A stretch of DNA of 22,287 nt from Promethearchaeota archaeon (GCA_048938295.1 JBHLMI010000037.1:1-22287), one strand, 5' to 3'; numbered from the stretch's first letter, positions 6,850 through 15,497 are shown. The notes: generated by a model from the sequence alone, not told the origin. A program made the numbers and translations.

Positions 6850-7002
6850 TTGACACTCTTTAAGAAGAAAGGAAAGAAAGTGCATTTCGACAGAATCTCT
6901 GTCGGCGAACGCGCAGCTCTTGGCTGCCGCAACCCTCATCCCACACCTGGATATCAACGCGCATACAAGGTTATGACCTCTCGTCGTGGCTCGAAATGGT
7001 AG
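6850..7002 (+). CDS. Putative small basic protein (50 aa)
   Basis: TTG start 6 nt after AGGTGA (SD). MTLFKKKGKKVHFDRISVGERAALGCRNPHPTPGYQRAYKVMTSRRGSKW*. Confidence 0.45.
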   Translation: MTLFKKKGKKVHFDRISVGERAALGCRNPHPTPGYQRAYKVMTSRRGSKW

Positions 7003-7017
7003 CCACAAGCAGAACCT

Positions 7018-7110
7018 GTATCACATACGATGATTACTGTGGGACTGAGTGGTCCCCGGTATCATTCACTCGTTGTGGACCCACAGTGGGTGAATGATAT
7101 ACTCTTTTTT
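7018..7110 (+). other. Structured RNA element with alternative hairpins ending in a T-tract
   Basis: ATCATTCAC (7061-7069)/GTGAATGAT (7090-7098) stem followed by CTCTTTTTT. It competes with a bulged 7030-7065 hairpin and with ACTGTGGG (7036-7043)/CCCACAGT (7080-7087). Confidence 0.45.
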
Positions 7111-7183
7111 CAGTTTGTTCGGAAGACTAGCAAAACCGGGTGCAGTTTTATTCTTCGAGGAGGATGTGAGTCTGTGAGTTCCA

Positions 7184-8203
7184 ATGCGTACCACTACAGT
7201 GCTATTTCTCTGGAAGGTTCCTGAATCCCTCCAAACACGTCTACAACAACGCCTTAGCCAGCTTCCACATCTGAACCTGGTATTCCCTAAGGAAGCCGAT
7301 GAATCAGAATTCCTGAAACACGCCCCATCAGCGCAGATCATTGTTGGATGGCGCCCATCGCTAGAAGTTCTTGAATGCGCAACAAAGCTGAAGCTCTTCA
7401 TCTTCCCGGGTGCCGGCGTGCAACACCTCGTCTCTTGGTTTCACGAGGTTGGTCGCCACCGCGGGATAACCTTGGTAAATGGGCATTCAAACGCGATCTT
7501 TGTAGCTCAACACGTGGTAGCCATGCTCCTCGCCATCCTAAACAATATCATCCCTCATCATAACTGGATGGTGGCTGGTGAATGGCACAAGGGCGATGCG
7601 GATGCCAAAAATATGCCAATGAGTGGCCGGGTCATTGGCTTACTTGGGTACGGAGCCATAAACCAGAAGGTCCATAAACTCCTCTCAGGATTTGATGTAA
7701 CTTTCGCCGCTCTTCGTCGCAACTGGGAAGGCCAAGACAGTTCTCCTCCAACCCCCATTCAAAGATACACGTCGTCACAACTGAATGAGTTTCTCGATGA
7801 AGTTGACACCCTCCTTATCGCACTCCCGTTGACCCCTAAAACCGATGATCTCATCGGATATAACGAGCTCAAGCGATTAGGAAAAAACGGCGTTGTAGTC
7901 AACGTTGCACGCGGAGCCATCGTCAACCAAAAAGCACTCTATCAGATCCTCAAAGAGAGAGAAATCGCCGGAGCAGCGATTGACGTGTGGTATACCTACC
8001 AACCTGAACCCGATGAAAACGGACGCAAATATCCCTATGAAAAGCCCTTCCATACACTTGATAATATCCTACTTTCCCCACATCACGCTGCTTCACCCTT
8101 CGATGACTTGGATCGCTGGGATGAAGTGATTGATAATATAACACGCTTTGCAAAAGGAGAAAGAGACTTCATCAACGTCGTTGATGTCGAGCGTGGATAC
8201 TAA
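7184..8203 (+). CDS. D-isomer-specific 2-hydroxyacid dehydrogenase family protein
   Basis: GLLGYGAIN (NAD-binding), VNVARG (catalytic Arg), AAIDVW, LSPHHA (catalytic His region). Confidence 0.9.
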   Translation: MRTTTVLFLWKVPESLQTRLQQRLSQLPHLNLVFPKEADESEFLKHAPSAQIIVGWRPSLEVLECATKLKLFIFPGAGVQHLVSWFHEVGRHRGITLVNGHSNAIFVAQHVVAMLLAILNNIIPHHNWMVAGEWHKGDADAKNMPMSGRVIGLLGYGAINQKVHKLLSGFDVTFAALRRNWEGQDSSPPTPIQRYTSSQLNEFLDEVDTLLIALPLTPKTDDLIGYNELKRLGKNGVVVNVARGAIVNQKALYQILKEREIAGAAIDVWYTYQPEPDENGRKYPYEKPFHTLDNILLSPHHAASPFDDLDRWDEVIDNITRFAKGERDFINVVDVERGY

Positions 8204-8220
8204 ACTCAGAAGGAGTGCTG

Positions 8221-8424
8221 TTAAGTTTTGCTCGTCGGTTCTGATGAGGTTGTTGTCTTCGGTTTCCTGGTCTTCTTTACTGGTTGCTCAGCCATCTGTA
8301 CGATGACCTTATGAAGCACTGCTAGTCGGAGCACATCACCCTGTTTGAGTCCTGCACTTTCAATTAGCCAGTCAGGAAGTTGGATCATATTATGCTCTAA
8401 TACGTTGGCGTTGAACTCGATCAT
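8221..8424 (-). CDS. AbrB/MazE/SpoVT-like small DNA-binding protein with a basic Thr/Ser-rich tail
   Basis: MIEFNANVLEHNMIQLPDWLIESAGLKQGDVLRL matches the swapped-hairpin pattern (I.LP......GLK.GD.L). GGTGA precedes ATG 8424. Confidence 0.7.
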   Translation of the reverse strand: MIEFNANVLEHNMIQLPDWLIESAGLKQGDVLRLAVLHKVIVQMAEQPVKKTRKPKTTTSSEPTSKT

Positions 8425-8452
8425 GCTAATCACCAGGCACTGTCGCTCTTTA

Positions 8453-8478
8453 ACCCCTGGGATTAGGGGTATAAAAAA
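8453..8478 (-). promoter_or_regulatory. AbrB-gene promoter with an inverted repeat abutting the TATA box
   Basis: ACCCCT-N6-AGGGGT (8453-8470) next to TTTTTTATA (rc of 8470-8478). Confidence 0.45.
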
Positions 8479-8590
8479 ACGCTCCTGCACAGTTCTTACC
8501 TTCTGGAATCTCTGCAGTGTTCGAAATCAAGGGTACCAAGGGAAAAGCTCTTTTCTTGAGCTGTATACACCTGGCATTACGGTGGAGCGC

Positions 8591-9502
8591 ATGAAAGAGC
8601 TGCCATATATTCAAACTAGCGTCTTTGTCGATGATCGCCACCCCTTTGGTGGAAATCAGCTGGCCACCTTCTGGGATATTCCCGCTAATTCCCAAATAAC
8701 AACCGTTGCGATGCAAGGCATTGCGCTAGAAATGAATTTTTCGGAAACCACTTTTTTTGAAAAGCCTACACTGAAAGACTGCGCATTCAAAGTGCGCATT
8801 TTCACTCCCGCTCGAGAAATCCCTTTTGCGGGTCATCCTACCCTTGGGAGTGCCTTTGTACTGAAGCACACTGGGCTAGTGGATCCAATTGCATCTCAGA
8901 CCAACTTAGAGCTCGGAATTGGGAAAATTCCGGTTGAATACATTTCATCAGATATCATCCGAATGATTCAGCCCGCACCCCAATTCCTGACTGAAGTACA
9001 AAATCGGGACGCAATCGCAGCGACACTCGGCCTTCCTGCTTCTGCAATTTCAACCGACTACCCGATGCAATATGTAGCAACGGGCACTCCTTTCCTTATC
9101 GTACCTCTCAATTCACTTGAAGCTGTGCAACAAGCTCAACCTGATGGACCGCTCATCCTGAAAACACTTGAGGATGAATCCACAGCAAAAATAGTGATCC
9201 TTAGCACTGACACCATCCACTCCGATTCAGATGTGCATGTCCGAATGTTTGCCCCAGATGTCGGAGTTCTTGAAGACCCAGCAACAGGGAGCGCAGCCGG
9301 ACCTATCGGTGCTTATGTGGACCATCATGCCCTTCTACGCCGCCCTTCACGAGGTACCCCCATCATCATTGAACAAGGATATGAAATTCGCCGACCCAGT
9401 CAGCTCATCGCTGAAGTAGTCGGAGAAAATATTCCTGAAAGTGTTTTAGTGTCCGGAAAGGTAAAACTCATTGCAAAAGGAACCTTCTTTGTGGAAATGT
9501 AA
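8591..9502 (+). CDS. PhzF-family (phenazine biosynthesis-like) isomerase/epimerase
   Basis: GGNQLA, NFSETTF, FTPAREIPFAGHPTLG, EDPATGSAAG. ATG 8591 follows GGTGGAG. Confidence 0.9.
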   Translation: MKELPYIQTSVFVDDRHPFGGNQLATFWDIPANSQITTVAMQGIALEMNFSETTFFEKPTLKDCAFKVRIFTPAREIPFAGHPTLGSAFVLKHTGLVDPIASQTNLELGIGKIPVEYISSDIIRMIQPAPQFLTEVQNRDAIAATLGLPASAISTDYPMQYVATGTPFLIVPLNSLEAVQQAQPDGPLILKTLEDESTAKIVILSTDTIHSDSDVHVRMFAPDVGVLEDPATGSAAGPIGAYVDHHALLRRPSRGTPIIIEQGYEIRRPSQLIAEVVGENIPESVLVSGKVKLIAKGTFFVEM

Positions 9503-9529
9503 TGCTCCACAGGCTAGAGCTGAAAAACT

Positions 9530-10720
9530 GTGCGAAATTCAATCCGTCCACCTCCTAAAGCTTCCGAATTTTGCGACGAACTCTACCACTATTTCATCAA
9601 CCTTTTTGGTAACCAACGCACCCAGGCTCTAACGATAGCATTAAGCAACCCCGGCGATTTCTTCTACCTCCGCACCAATACCCTTCGAACTACCAACGAA
9701 AAGCTCGTTGATCGGCTTAAAAAAGAGAATGTCACTGCAACCATTGCAGACCATGATGTGAATGCTGTAGCTTTGCCCATTACCCCTACTGGCCCAGTTC
9801 CTCAACATGACGTAATCATTGTTGCAGATAAAGCCAGTAGCGAAAACGTTCTGGTAGGGAGTCACCTCTATCGACCCGGCGTTAAACACTTTGACAGCTT
9901 CGCTAAAGGGGATTTAGTCACAGTGGTCAATCCTAAAGGGCACATAGTGGGTAGTGGCATTGCACAACAAGCCAGTTCGAAGTTGGCTGAACAAAAACAT
10001 GGACTCGTTGTCAAAATAACTAATTCATATTATGATGTCCCTAGTATCGTTGACCTTACAGCTCATCAAGAGGGTCTGTTCTACTCTCAATCCCTTTCCG
10101 CCATGCTGGTGGCGCCTATCCTTTCCCCCAAACCTGGGGAAACGATTATTGATTTCTGTGCAGCTCCCGGTGGCAAAAGTACCCATATCGCCCAACTAGC
10201 CAACAACCAATGTCGACTCATCGCTGTTGATCGCTCGCAGCGACGATTAACCCAACTCATCACCGAAGCAGAACGGTTAGGAGTAACCTGCATCACACCC
10301 TTTGTGGGTCGAGCCAAAGAATTCGTAGCCCAATACCCTACATTACAGGCTGATCGGGTTCTTGTCGATCCGCCCTGTACAGCCCTTGGGGTTCGACCCA
10401 AACTGTATGATGAAACCACGCTGGCTCGTATTCAGAGCACAGCCTCCTACCAACGAATGATCCTCGACTCAGCAGTATCTGCACTTAGTCCAGATGGGAT
10501 TTTGGTATATTCCACATGTACGTTGACGATTGAAGAAAATGAACTGAACATACAATATCTCATCGACACCTATGATTTTACTCTTGAGCCACAAATCCCC
10601 TGTCTCGGTTCAAAGGGGCTAGCGGGGGAGTCCGCAGTGAAAATAATGGTCCAAAGGATTTTCCCTGATACCCATGGGCTCCCTGGCTATTTCATTGCGA
10701 AACTCCGAAAACCAGGGTAG
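9530..10720 (+). CDS. RsmB/NOP2 (NSUN6-like) RNA m5C methyltransferase with a PUA domain
   Basis: PUA-like segment (GSHLYRPGV...KGDLVTVV), DFCAAPGGKS, DPPCT and YSTCT with both catalytic cysteines. Confidence 0.9.
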   Translation: MRNSIRPPPKASEFCDELYHYFINLFGNQRTQALTIALSNPGDFFYLRTNTLRTTNEKLVDRLKKENVTATIADHDVNAVALPITPTGPVPQHDVIIVADKASSENVLVGSHLYRPGVKHFDSFAKGDLVTVVNPKGHIVGSGIAQQASSKLAEQKHGLVVKITNSYYDVPSIVDLTAHQEGLFYSQSLSAMLVAPILSPKPGETIIDFCAAPGGKSTHIAQLANNQCRLIAVDRSQRRLTQLITEAERLGVTCITPFVGRAKEFVAQYPTLQADRVLVDPPCTALGVRPKLYDETTLARIQSTASYQRMILDSAVSALSPDGILVYSTCTLTIEENELNIQYLIDTYDFTLEPQIPCLGSKGLAGESAVKIMVQRIFPDTHGLPGYFIAKLRKPG

Positions 10721-10726
10721 TGCGAA

Positions 10727-11434
10727 TTAAGGTGACCACCCCTCTTTGCCAATGAGGGGTACAAAGGCAACCGCCATTTTTCGGTGCTGCTTGGCATTGC
10801 CTTTCGTATCCTTGGTAACAAGGGTTAATTCTTGCCAGAAATGCTGTCGGCCCACCGGGATTAACATGATTCCTTCTGGTTTCAGCTGGTCAATCAACGA
10901 AGGAGGGATATCTGGAGCTGCAGCCGCCACCATAATCCGGTCAAAGGGGGCCTCCACGGGGTACCCAAGGGTTCCATCGCCTTCTAATACTGTGACGCGG
11001 TCACTGTATCCGGCTCGTTCGAGGTTCGCTTTCGCAAACTCAACAAGTGCTGGTATGCGCTCGATTGTAAACACATGGCCTGATAGCGGCTTCCCTGTGG
11101 GCGAGACAACTTCTGCCACCAAAGCTGCATGATACCCAGATCCTCCGCCAACCTCTAGAACTTTCAACCCTTCTTTGAGCTCAAGGAGTTCAAGGTAAAT
11201 CAAACACATATGGATTGCCGAAATGGTTTGCCCCTCACCGATGGGCAAAGGGGTATCGACATAAGCGTCAGCTCTGAGTTTTTCGGGTAAAAAGAGTTCA
11301 CGGGGGACTACCTGATACGCTCGAATCGTGGCTTCTTTTGTAACTGTCCGGGACGAGACTAATCGCTTCAAAGTAATCTCTTTGTTTTTATCCACCACGT
11401 CCCTATTCGCTGAAGGCGTATCATCACCCACCAT
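10727..11434 (-). CDS. pcm: Protein-L-isoaspartate O-methyltransferase
   Basis: AYVDTPLPIGEGQTISAIHM, VLEVGGGSGYHAA, APFDRI, FVPLIG. Confidence 0.95.
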   Translation of the reverse strand: MVGDDTPSANRDVVDKNKEITLKRLVSSRTVTKEATIRAYQVVPRELFLPEKLRADAYVDTPLPIGEGQTISAIHMCLIYLELLELKEGLKVLEVGGGSGYHAALVAEVVSPTGKPLSGHVFTIERIPALVEFAKANLERAGYSDRVTVLEGDGTLGYPVEAPFDRIMVAAAAPDIPPSLIDQLKPEGIMLIPVGRQHFWQELTLVTKDTKGNAKQHRKMAVAFVPLIGKEGWSP

Positions 11435-11491
11435 GTAACAAGGAATCGCTCATTTGAAACTATTTGTACCTGCCCCACTAAATATCCCACT

Positions 11492-11938
11492 ATGGCACCG
11501 ACAAAACCGACCAAAATCATCGTTCGTGCCCAAGGACACGTGAACGTGAAAGCTACTCATTCATCCACCTTTGAGGTGACATTAGACTCCCATATCTCCG
11601 TTCGCGGTGACTGCATTATCGGAGTGAACGCTTCTCACAGTGCCCAAGACATTGCTAGCCTCCTTGGTGCAGTTCTAAAACAGGTGGATACGCAGGTACA
11701 CACATACCTGTCCGTGGGGGAACTCACCGACCACGTTCAAGGGTTTGGGTCTCCATCTCTTTTACTCACCTCGCCAACATCTCTTGTGTGGCGAACCAGT
11801 GACTTCATTGATGAAAGAACCATTGCTATTCGCTGCGACAAGGCTGCCAAGGATCTCAGCCGACAACTGATTGAATCACTCCAACAACCCAATGCAGTGC
11901 TTCAGGTTGCACTCCTTGTTGTTCCTGGAACTACATGA
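11492..11938 (+). CDS. DUF371 family archaeal protein
   Basis: GHVNVKATHSSTFEVT...RGDCIIGV...RTSDFIDERT...DKAAKDL matches the family pattern. Confidence 0.85.
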   Translation: MAPTKPTKIIVRAQGHVNVKATHSSTFEVTLDSHISVRGDCIIGVNASHSAQDIASLLGAVLKQVDTQVHTYLSVGELTDHVQGFGSPSLLLTSPTSLVWRTSDFIDERTIAIRCDKAAKDLSRQLIESLQQPNAVLQVALLVVPGTT

Positions 11939-12984
11939 AGATCCAACGCAATCTGATCTTCATGGGGTGCGGCTGGTCGAACTGAACGCAAATGTGTGAC
12001 GGTCGCCTTCCAACCCAGGTCAGCAAGTCTGTCTAACACTTTTGATTGTAATGCTTCATCAGATAGCGATGGGCTGGTTACACCATAGAAGTGGATAATA
12101 CCCCCCTTTGGATTCAGCACTGTAACAGCGGCGTCGAGAAACAAAAAAGCCTCATTTGGAAGATTCATGATGACCCGATCTGCTTTCTGGGCAAGCTGCT
12201 CGTTGATGATAACTCGGGCATCACCGACTATAGGCACTATCTCTCCAACCAAGCGATTCAGCTCTAGGCTCTTTTTCAAACATTGGATAGCCTGAGGATT
12301 GACATCAATAGCAAATACTTGTACCGGTTGACGTTTTGCGGCGAGAAGGGCAAAGGGCCCCACTCCGGTGAACATGTCCACAATAACCTCACCAGATTGC
12401 ACTTGGCCTGCTACTCGATCATGCTCTGTACCCAATCGCGGGCTGAAGTAGGTGTGCACTACATCAATGGCGAGTTTGACTCCATATTCGGTGTGCACGG
12501 TGTATGTTTGGTCCCGACCAGCAATCAAGCGAAGTGGGCGCAGACGACACATTCCCGAAACTCCTCCTTCTTTAGCGTACACCGATGATACACGCGAATT
12601 AATCATCATAATCGCCTCGCCAATGCGTGTTTCATAGGGGATTAGTTCTGTATCCAGCTCAACGATAGCAATTTCACCGATGATATCCAAGGAATGTGGA
12701 ATCTTGTCCAGTAACTCATCGGGGAGAATACCTTGCAAGGTTGATTTGAGATCAGTCGGTTTTCGCGAAATGGGTTCGAGCTCCAGTTCGATTTGTGTGA
12801 GCAGCATAGTTTCTTGCTCGAGGGCATGTAATTCGTCGGATGTAAGTTGGTAGCGGAGGGGGAAACACAATTGGCTTGCCTCCTTGGTAATAGGAAACTC
12901 TGGGTCGAGGAGCCCCCGCTCGACTAGCATTACACGCAGCTGTTCTCCCAGGCGCTGGTCCACTTGGATACACACTTTTCTCAT
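11902..12984 (-). CDS. trm5: tRNA (guanine37-N1) methyltransferase, Trm5 family
   Basis: DIIGEIA, HTEYG, YFSPRLGTE, DMFTGVGPF, DRVIMNLP (Trm5 NLP motif). Confidence 0.85.
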   Translation of the reverse strand: MRKVCIQVDQRLGEQLRVMLVERGLLDPEFPITKEASQLCFPLRYQLTSDELHALEQETMLLTQIELELEPISRKPTDLKSTLQGILPDELLDKIPHSLDIIGEIAIVELDTELIPYETRIGEAIMMINSRVSSVYAKEGGVSGMCRLRPLRLIAGRDQTYTVHTEYGVKLAIDVVHTYFSPRLGTEHDRVAGQVQSGEVIVDMFTGVGPFALLAAKRQPVQVFAIDVNPQAIQCLKKSLELNRLVGEIVPIVGDARVIINEQLAQKADRVIMNLPNEAFLFLDAAVTVLNPKGGIIHFYGVTSPSLSDEALQSKVLDRLADLGWKATVTHLRSVRPAAPHEDQIALDLHVVPGTTRSAT

Positions 12985-12993
12985 TGTCGCTGC

Positions 12994-13380
12994 CTACTTC
13001 TTCGTAGGAGACTTATTCGTGTCTGCACTCTCTGATGGTGCTTCACGGAAAATTTTCACTCGGGTTGGAGTAAGGATGACATAGCGGTTTCCAAGTTGGC
13101 CAATGTCGCCATCCACGCTAATGCACACCGCTCGAAGCTGTTCCACTGCACGTCGTAATTGTAATTGGGACTCAGTTCCCTGCTGGACAAGTGGTGACAC
13201 ATCCATCACAACCAAGTTGCCCTTACGGACTTCCTCCGAAATGGGCGTCACGTCCATTAAGCCCGTTAACTCCATGAATCGGACAAACATGGACGCTGCC
13301 TCCAAACTCGTACTTGGTGCAGCTACTTTCAAATCCTCAGCGATGTCTTTTTCTTTTTTCTTTCGACCAAATGGACTCAA
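12994..13380 (-). CDS. sepF: Archaeal cell-division protein SepF (DUF552)
   Basis: EEVRKGNLVVMDVSPL...GDIGQLGNRYVILTP. TTG start after GGAGG. Confidence 0.85.
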   Translation of the reverse strand: MSPFGRKKKEKDIAEDLKVAAPSTSLEAASMFVRFMELTGLMDVTPISEEVRKGNLVVMDVSPLVQQGTESQLQLRRAVEQLRAVCISVDGDIGQLGNRYVILTPTRVKIFREAPSESADTNKSPTKK

Positions 13381-13450
13381 ACCGAATCATCCTCCGATAA
13401 TTCTACAACTCAAGGATGAGTTGAGAGAACTGTAAAAACCCTTCGCCTTG

Positions 13451-13966
13451 TCACACGGAGAGCTCCTTGGCAAGCTTCCACAACTGGTCACCAACGTAGT
13501 GGAGCGTTTCGATGGCGCGCCCTTTATTCACTGCCTTAACCACCTCAGCTGAAAGGAGCATCCGACCCACCGCCAAGGGTACTTGATTTTTTTGGTCAAT
13601 AATCACGGCAAGGTCACCAACATTGAGCTGGTCGTTTAGATTCACAATTCCTGGTGCCATGACATCCGCGCCGTTTGCAATGTATGGCACCGCCCCCATA
13701 TCAACCACAACTTCGGGGAGTTGCACATTCTTAGAGATCAACGCGGGCAATCCGGGATACACTTCATTCTGCAAATCTACAAGCCATAATTCATCCTGTA
13801 CAAAATACAGCTTGGTTCTATCATCTAACACTACCCGCTCAACCGACACTTTTCCCAAAGATGGGTCGCGAAGTGCTTTGTGGACAAAGTTGGGCTGCTC
13901 GGAAAAGCCTTGTAATAGCTGTCGAAGCTCTTTGGCCCGTACCTGGGTGCGGTGTTTAATATGCAT
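13451..13966 (-). CDS. DUF1947/PUA-domain RNA-binding protein (MCT-1/Tma20-like)
   Basis: VVVDMGAVPYIANGADVMAPGI, LHYVGDQLW. Likely start ATG 13966 (MHIKHR). Confidence 0.9.
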   Translation of the reverse strand: MHIKHRTQVRAKELRQLLQGFSEQPNFVHKALRDPSLGKVSVERVVLDDRTKLYFVQDELWLVDLQNEVYPGLPALISKNVQLPEVVVDMGAVPYIANGADVMAPGIVNLNDQLNVGDLAVIIDQKNQVPLAVGRMLLSAEVVKAVNKGRAIETLHYVGDQLWKLAKELSV

Positions 13967-14055
13967 GGATTTGCACCACTTCTCTAAATGAGTAGCAAAC
14001 TTTTTTAAGGTCTCTTCGTCATGCCAACTGCAATTCATAGGCAGGAGCTTATGCC

Positions 14056-14316
14056 GTGTCAGAACATCGTCCAATGGATTTACTAGGTCGGTCTCTTAAC
14101 TCACAAGTCCTTGTGAAACTGAAAGGGGACCGCGAACTACGCGGTCGTCTCCGAGGATATGACCAGCATCTGAACCTCATCCTCGATGATGCCGAAGATC
14201 TCACCGAAAAACCTCCCCAGGAACTGGGCACTGTCATCCTCCGTGGCGACAACGTCATCCTCCTCTCGCCTTCAGGAAAAGTCCCTGACAAAAAGACAGA
14301 GAAAAAGAACAAGTGA
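14056..14316 (+). CDS. lsm: Sm-like (Lsm/SmAP1) RNA-binding protein
   Basis: Sm1 (VKLKGDRELRGRLRGYDQHLNLIL) and Sm2 (ILRGDNV) motifs, upstream of rpl37e. Confidence 0.95.
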   Translation: MSEHRPMDLLGRSLNSQVLVKLKGDRELRGRLRGYDQHLNLILDDAEDLTEKPPQELGTVILRGDNVILLSPSGKVPDKKTEKKNK

Positions 14317-14322
14317 TGAACC

Positions 14323-14508
14323 ATGGGCAAAGGTACACCCTCTTTCGGAAAAAAGAACAAGAAAACCCACATTCGCTGCCGACGCTGTGGTCGTAGATCT
14401 TATCACATTCGGAAGAAACGATGTGCTGCCTGCGGATTCGGTGCTTCCAGCCGTATTCGACAATACCGCTGGGCCCGAAAAGACATCACACGCACACGTC
14501 GCGTCTAA
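14323..14508 (+). CDS. rpl37e: 50S ribosomal protein L37e
   Basis: [28 protein letters not shown]...CAACGFG. Confidence 0.98.
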   Translation: MGKGTPSFGKKNKKTHIRCRRCGRRSYHIRKKRCAACGFGASSRIRQYRWARKDITRTRRV

Positions 14509-14518
14509 TTCCCTTTAT

Positions 14519-14625
<107 letters not shown>

Positions 14626-14722
14626 TTTTACTATCAAAGTATAGTCAGTTGCAGAGAAAACATTAATACATACTGCGGTATCCCAATGGCTCACACCAAC
14701 GAGCTCGTTTGAGGGTTCTCGT

Positions 14723-15187
14723 ATGTCTCAGGCATATTATTGGAAAACATTAGATGATGGAGGCCTCCTAATCATCGCCCTTGGTATCTTCGGGCTAGTT
14801 CAAGTTTATCTCTCTTATTTGGGCGCTTTCATCTATTCCATAATCTCCTCCATTGTGCTGATTCTCGTTCCCCTCGGTGTAGTCCTTGTTCAAGGGACAG
14901 CCACCGCCATCCTCGCAGAGCTCCTTAGCTCGCGCTTCTTCTCCTACCAAGTTCCCCGTGGCACTCCCTCAGCTAGCCCTAGACGTCTATACCTACGTCG
15001 GTTCGCAATCCTTCTACTCGCTCTGTTGCTCGTCTTAGGCGTCTGGGCCCTTGGTTATTTCGTGTTGTTTACCTACTCCCCTTTCGCTCGCATCGCCTAT
15101 CTGGTCGGATACATCATCGCTAACGTTGCTGCCGCCCTTATTATCCTCATCATTACGATTCTCCTGGACTTCCTTTTCGGCCACTAA
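14723..15187 (+). CDS. Hypothetical integral membrane protein (about 4 TM helices)
   Basis: Two hydrophobic hairpins separated by a basic loop. Confidence 0.8.
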   Translation: MSQAYYWKTLDDGGLLIIALGIFGLVQVYLSYLGAFIYSIISSIVLILVPLGVVLVQGTATAILAELLSSRFFSYQVPRGTPSASPRRLYLRRFAILLLALLLVLGVWALGYFVLFTYSPFARIAYLVGYIIANVAAALIILIITILLDFLFGH

Positions 15188-15225
15188 TCCCCCTTCACAC
15201 TACTCATCAGTCCAATCAAAGGGAG

Positions 15226-15338
15226 TGGTGCCGAGGGCGTGATTTGAACACACGACAACGGGATCTTCAGTCCCGCGCTTTCGGAACAGCAGCTCAGAAC
15301 CCGCAGGTCAGGCTACTCCCGGGCTAAGCTACCTCGGC
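15226..15338 (-). tRNA. trnF: tRNA-Phe(GAA) with a ~36-nt D-arm intron (best fit 22/23, 15280-15315); CCA encoded
   Basis: GCCGAGG/CCTCGGC acceptor stem, CGGGA-CTGAAGA-TCCCG anticodon arm. Extra sequence sits in the D-arm with a CGGG/TCCG central helix. Exact splice sites are less certain. Confidence 0.88.
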
Positions 15339-15343
15339 ACAGG

Positions 15344-15420
15344 TGGTGGGCCGGCCGTGATTTGAACACGGGACCTCCGCCGTGTCAGGACGGCGTCATA
15401 ACCAACTAGACCACCGGCCC
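15344..15420 (-). tRNA. trnV: tRNA-Val(GAC); CCA encoded
   Basis: GGGCCGG...CCGTC-CTGACAC-GGCGG...CCGGCCC-ACCA. Lies 5 nt upstream of tRNA-Phe, so likely co-transcribed. Confidence 0.96.
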
Positions 15421-15497
15421 TAAGCCAGGGTTTTTCCACGGGCTCTGTTTCCGGGCACGCGCCTTAATATCTTTTTCCTTGACACGGACCCAACTCG

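Noticed and set aside
7010-7050. TPP riboswitch or C/D-box sRNA (AACCTG, CTGAG, ATGATTA...CTGA)
   Set aside because: The TPP elements are in the wrong order. The C-to-D' distance is too short and there is no terminal D box.
8345-8590. Long N-terminal extension of PhzF in the ORF track
   Set aside because: It overlaps the AbrB gene and its promoter; ATG 8591 has an SD and matches the family start.
13428-13439. 11/12 match between the putative TnpB guide (6708-6719) and the sepF promoter, suggesting RNA-guided repression
   Set aside because: The match is short and A-rich with a mismatch at guide position 2 and no evident TAM. The TnpB has an intact catalytic triad, unlike dead repressors. Chance is plausible.
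14673-14688. Sixth PadR-like site (CTGCGGTATCCCAATG) after a TATA box upstream of the membrane protein
   Set aside because: Only 8 of 12 informative positions match and the left arm is broken. It needs a PWM score before it can be counted.
14698-14709. 12-bp perfect palindrome AACGAGCTCGTT before the membrane protein
   Set aside because: Single occurrence with no supporting context; compatible with chance.
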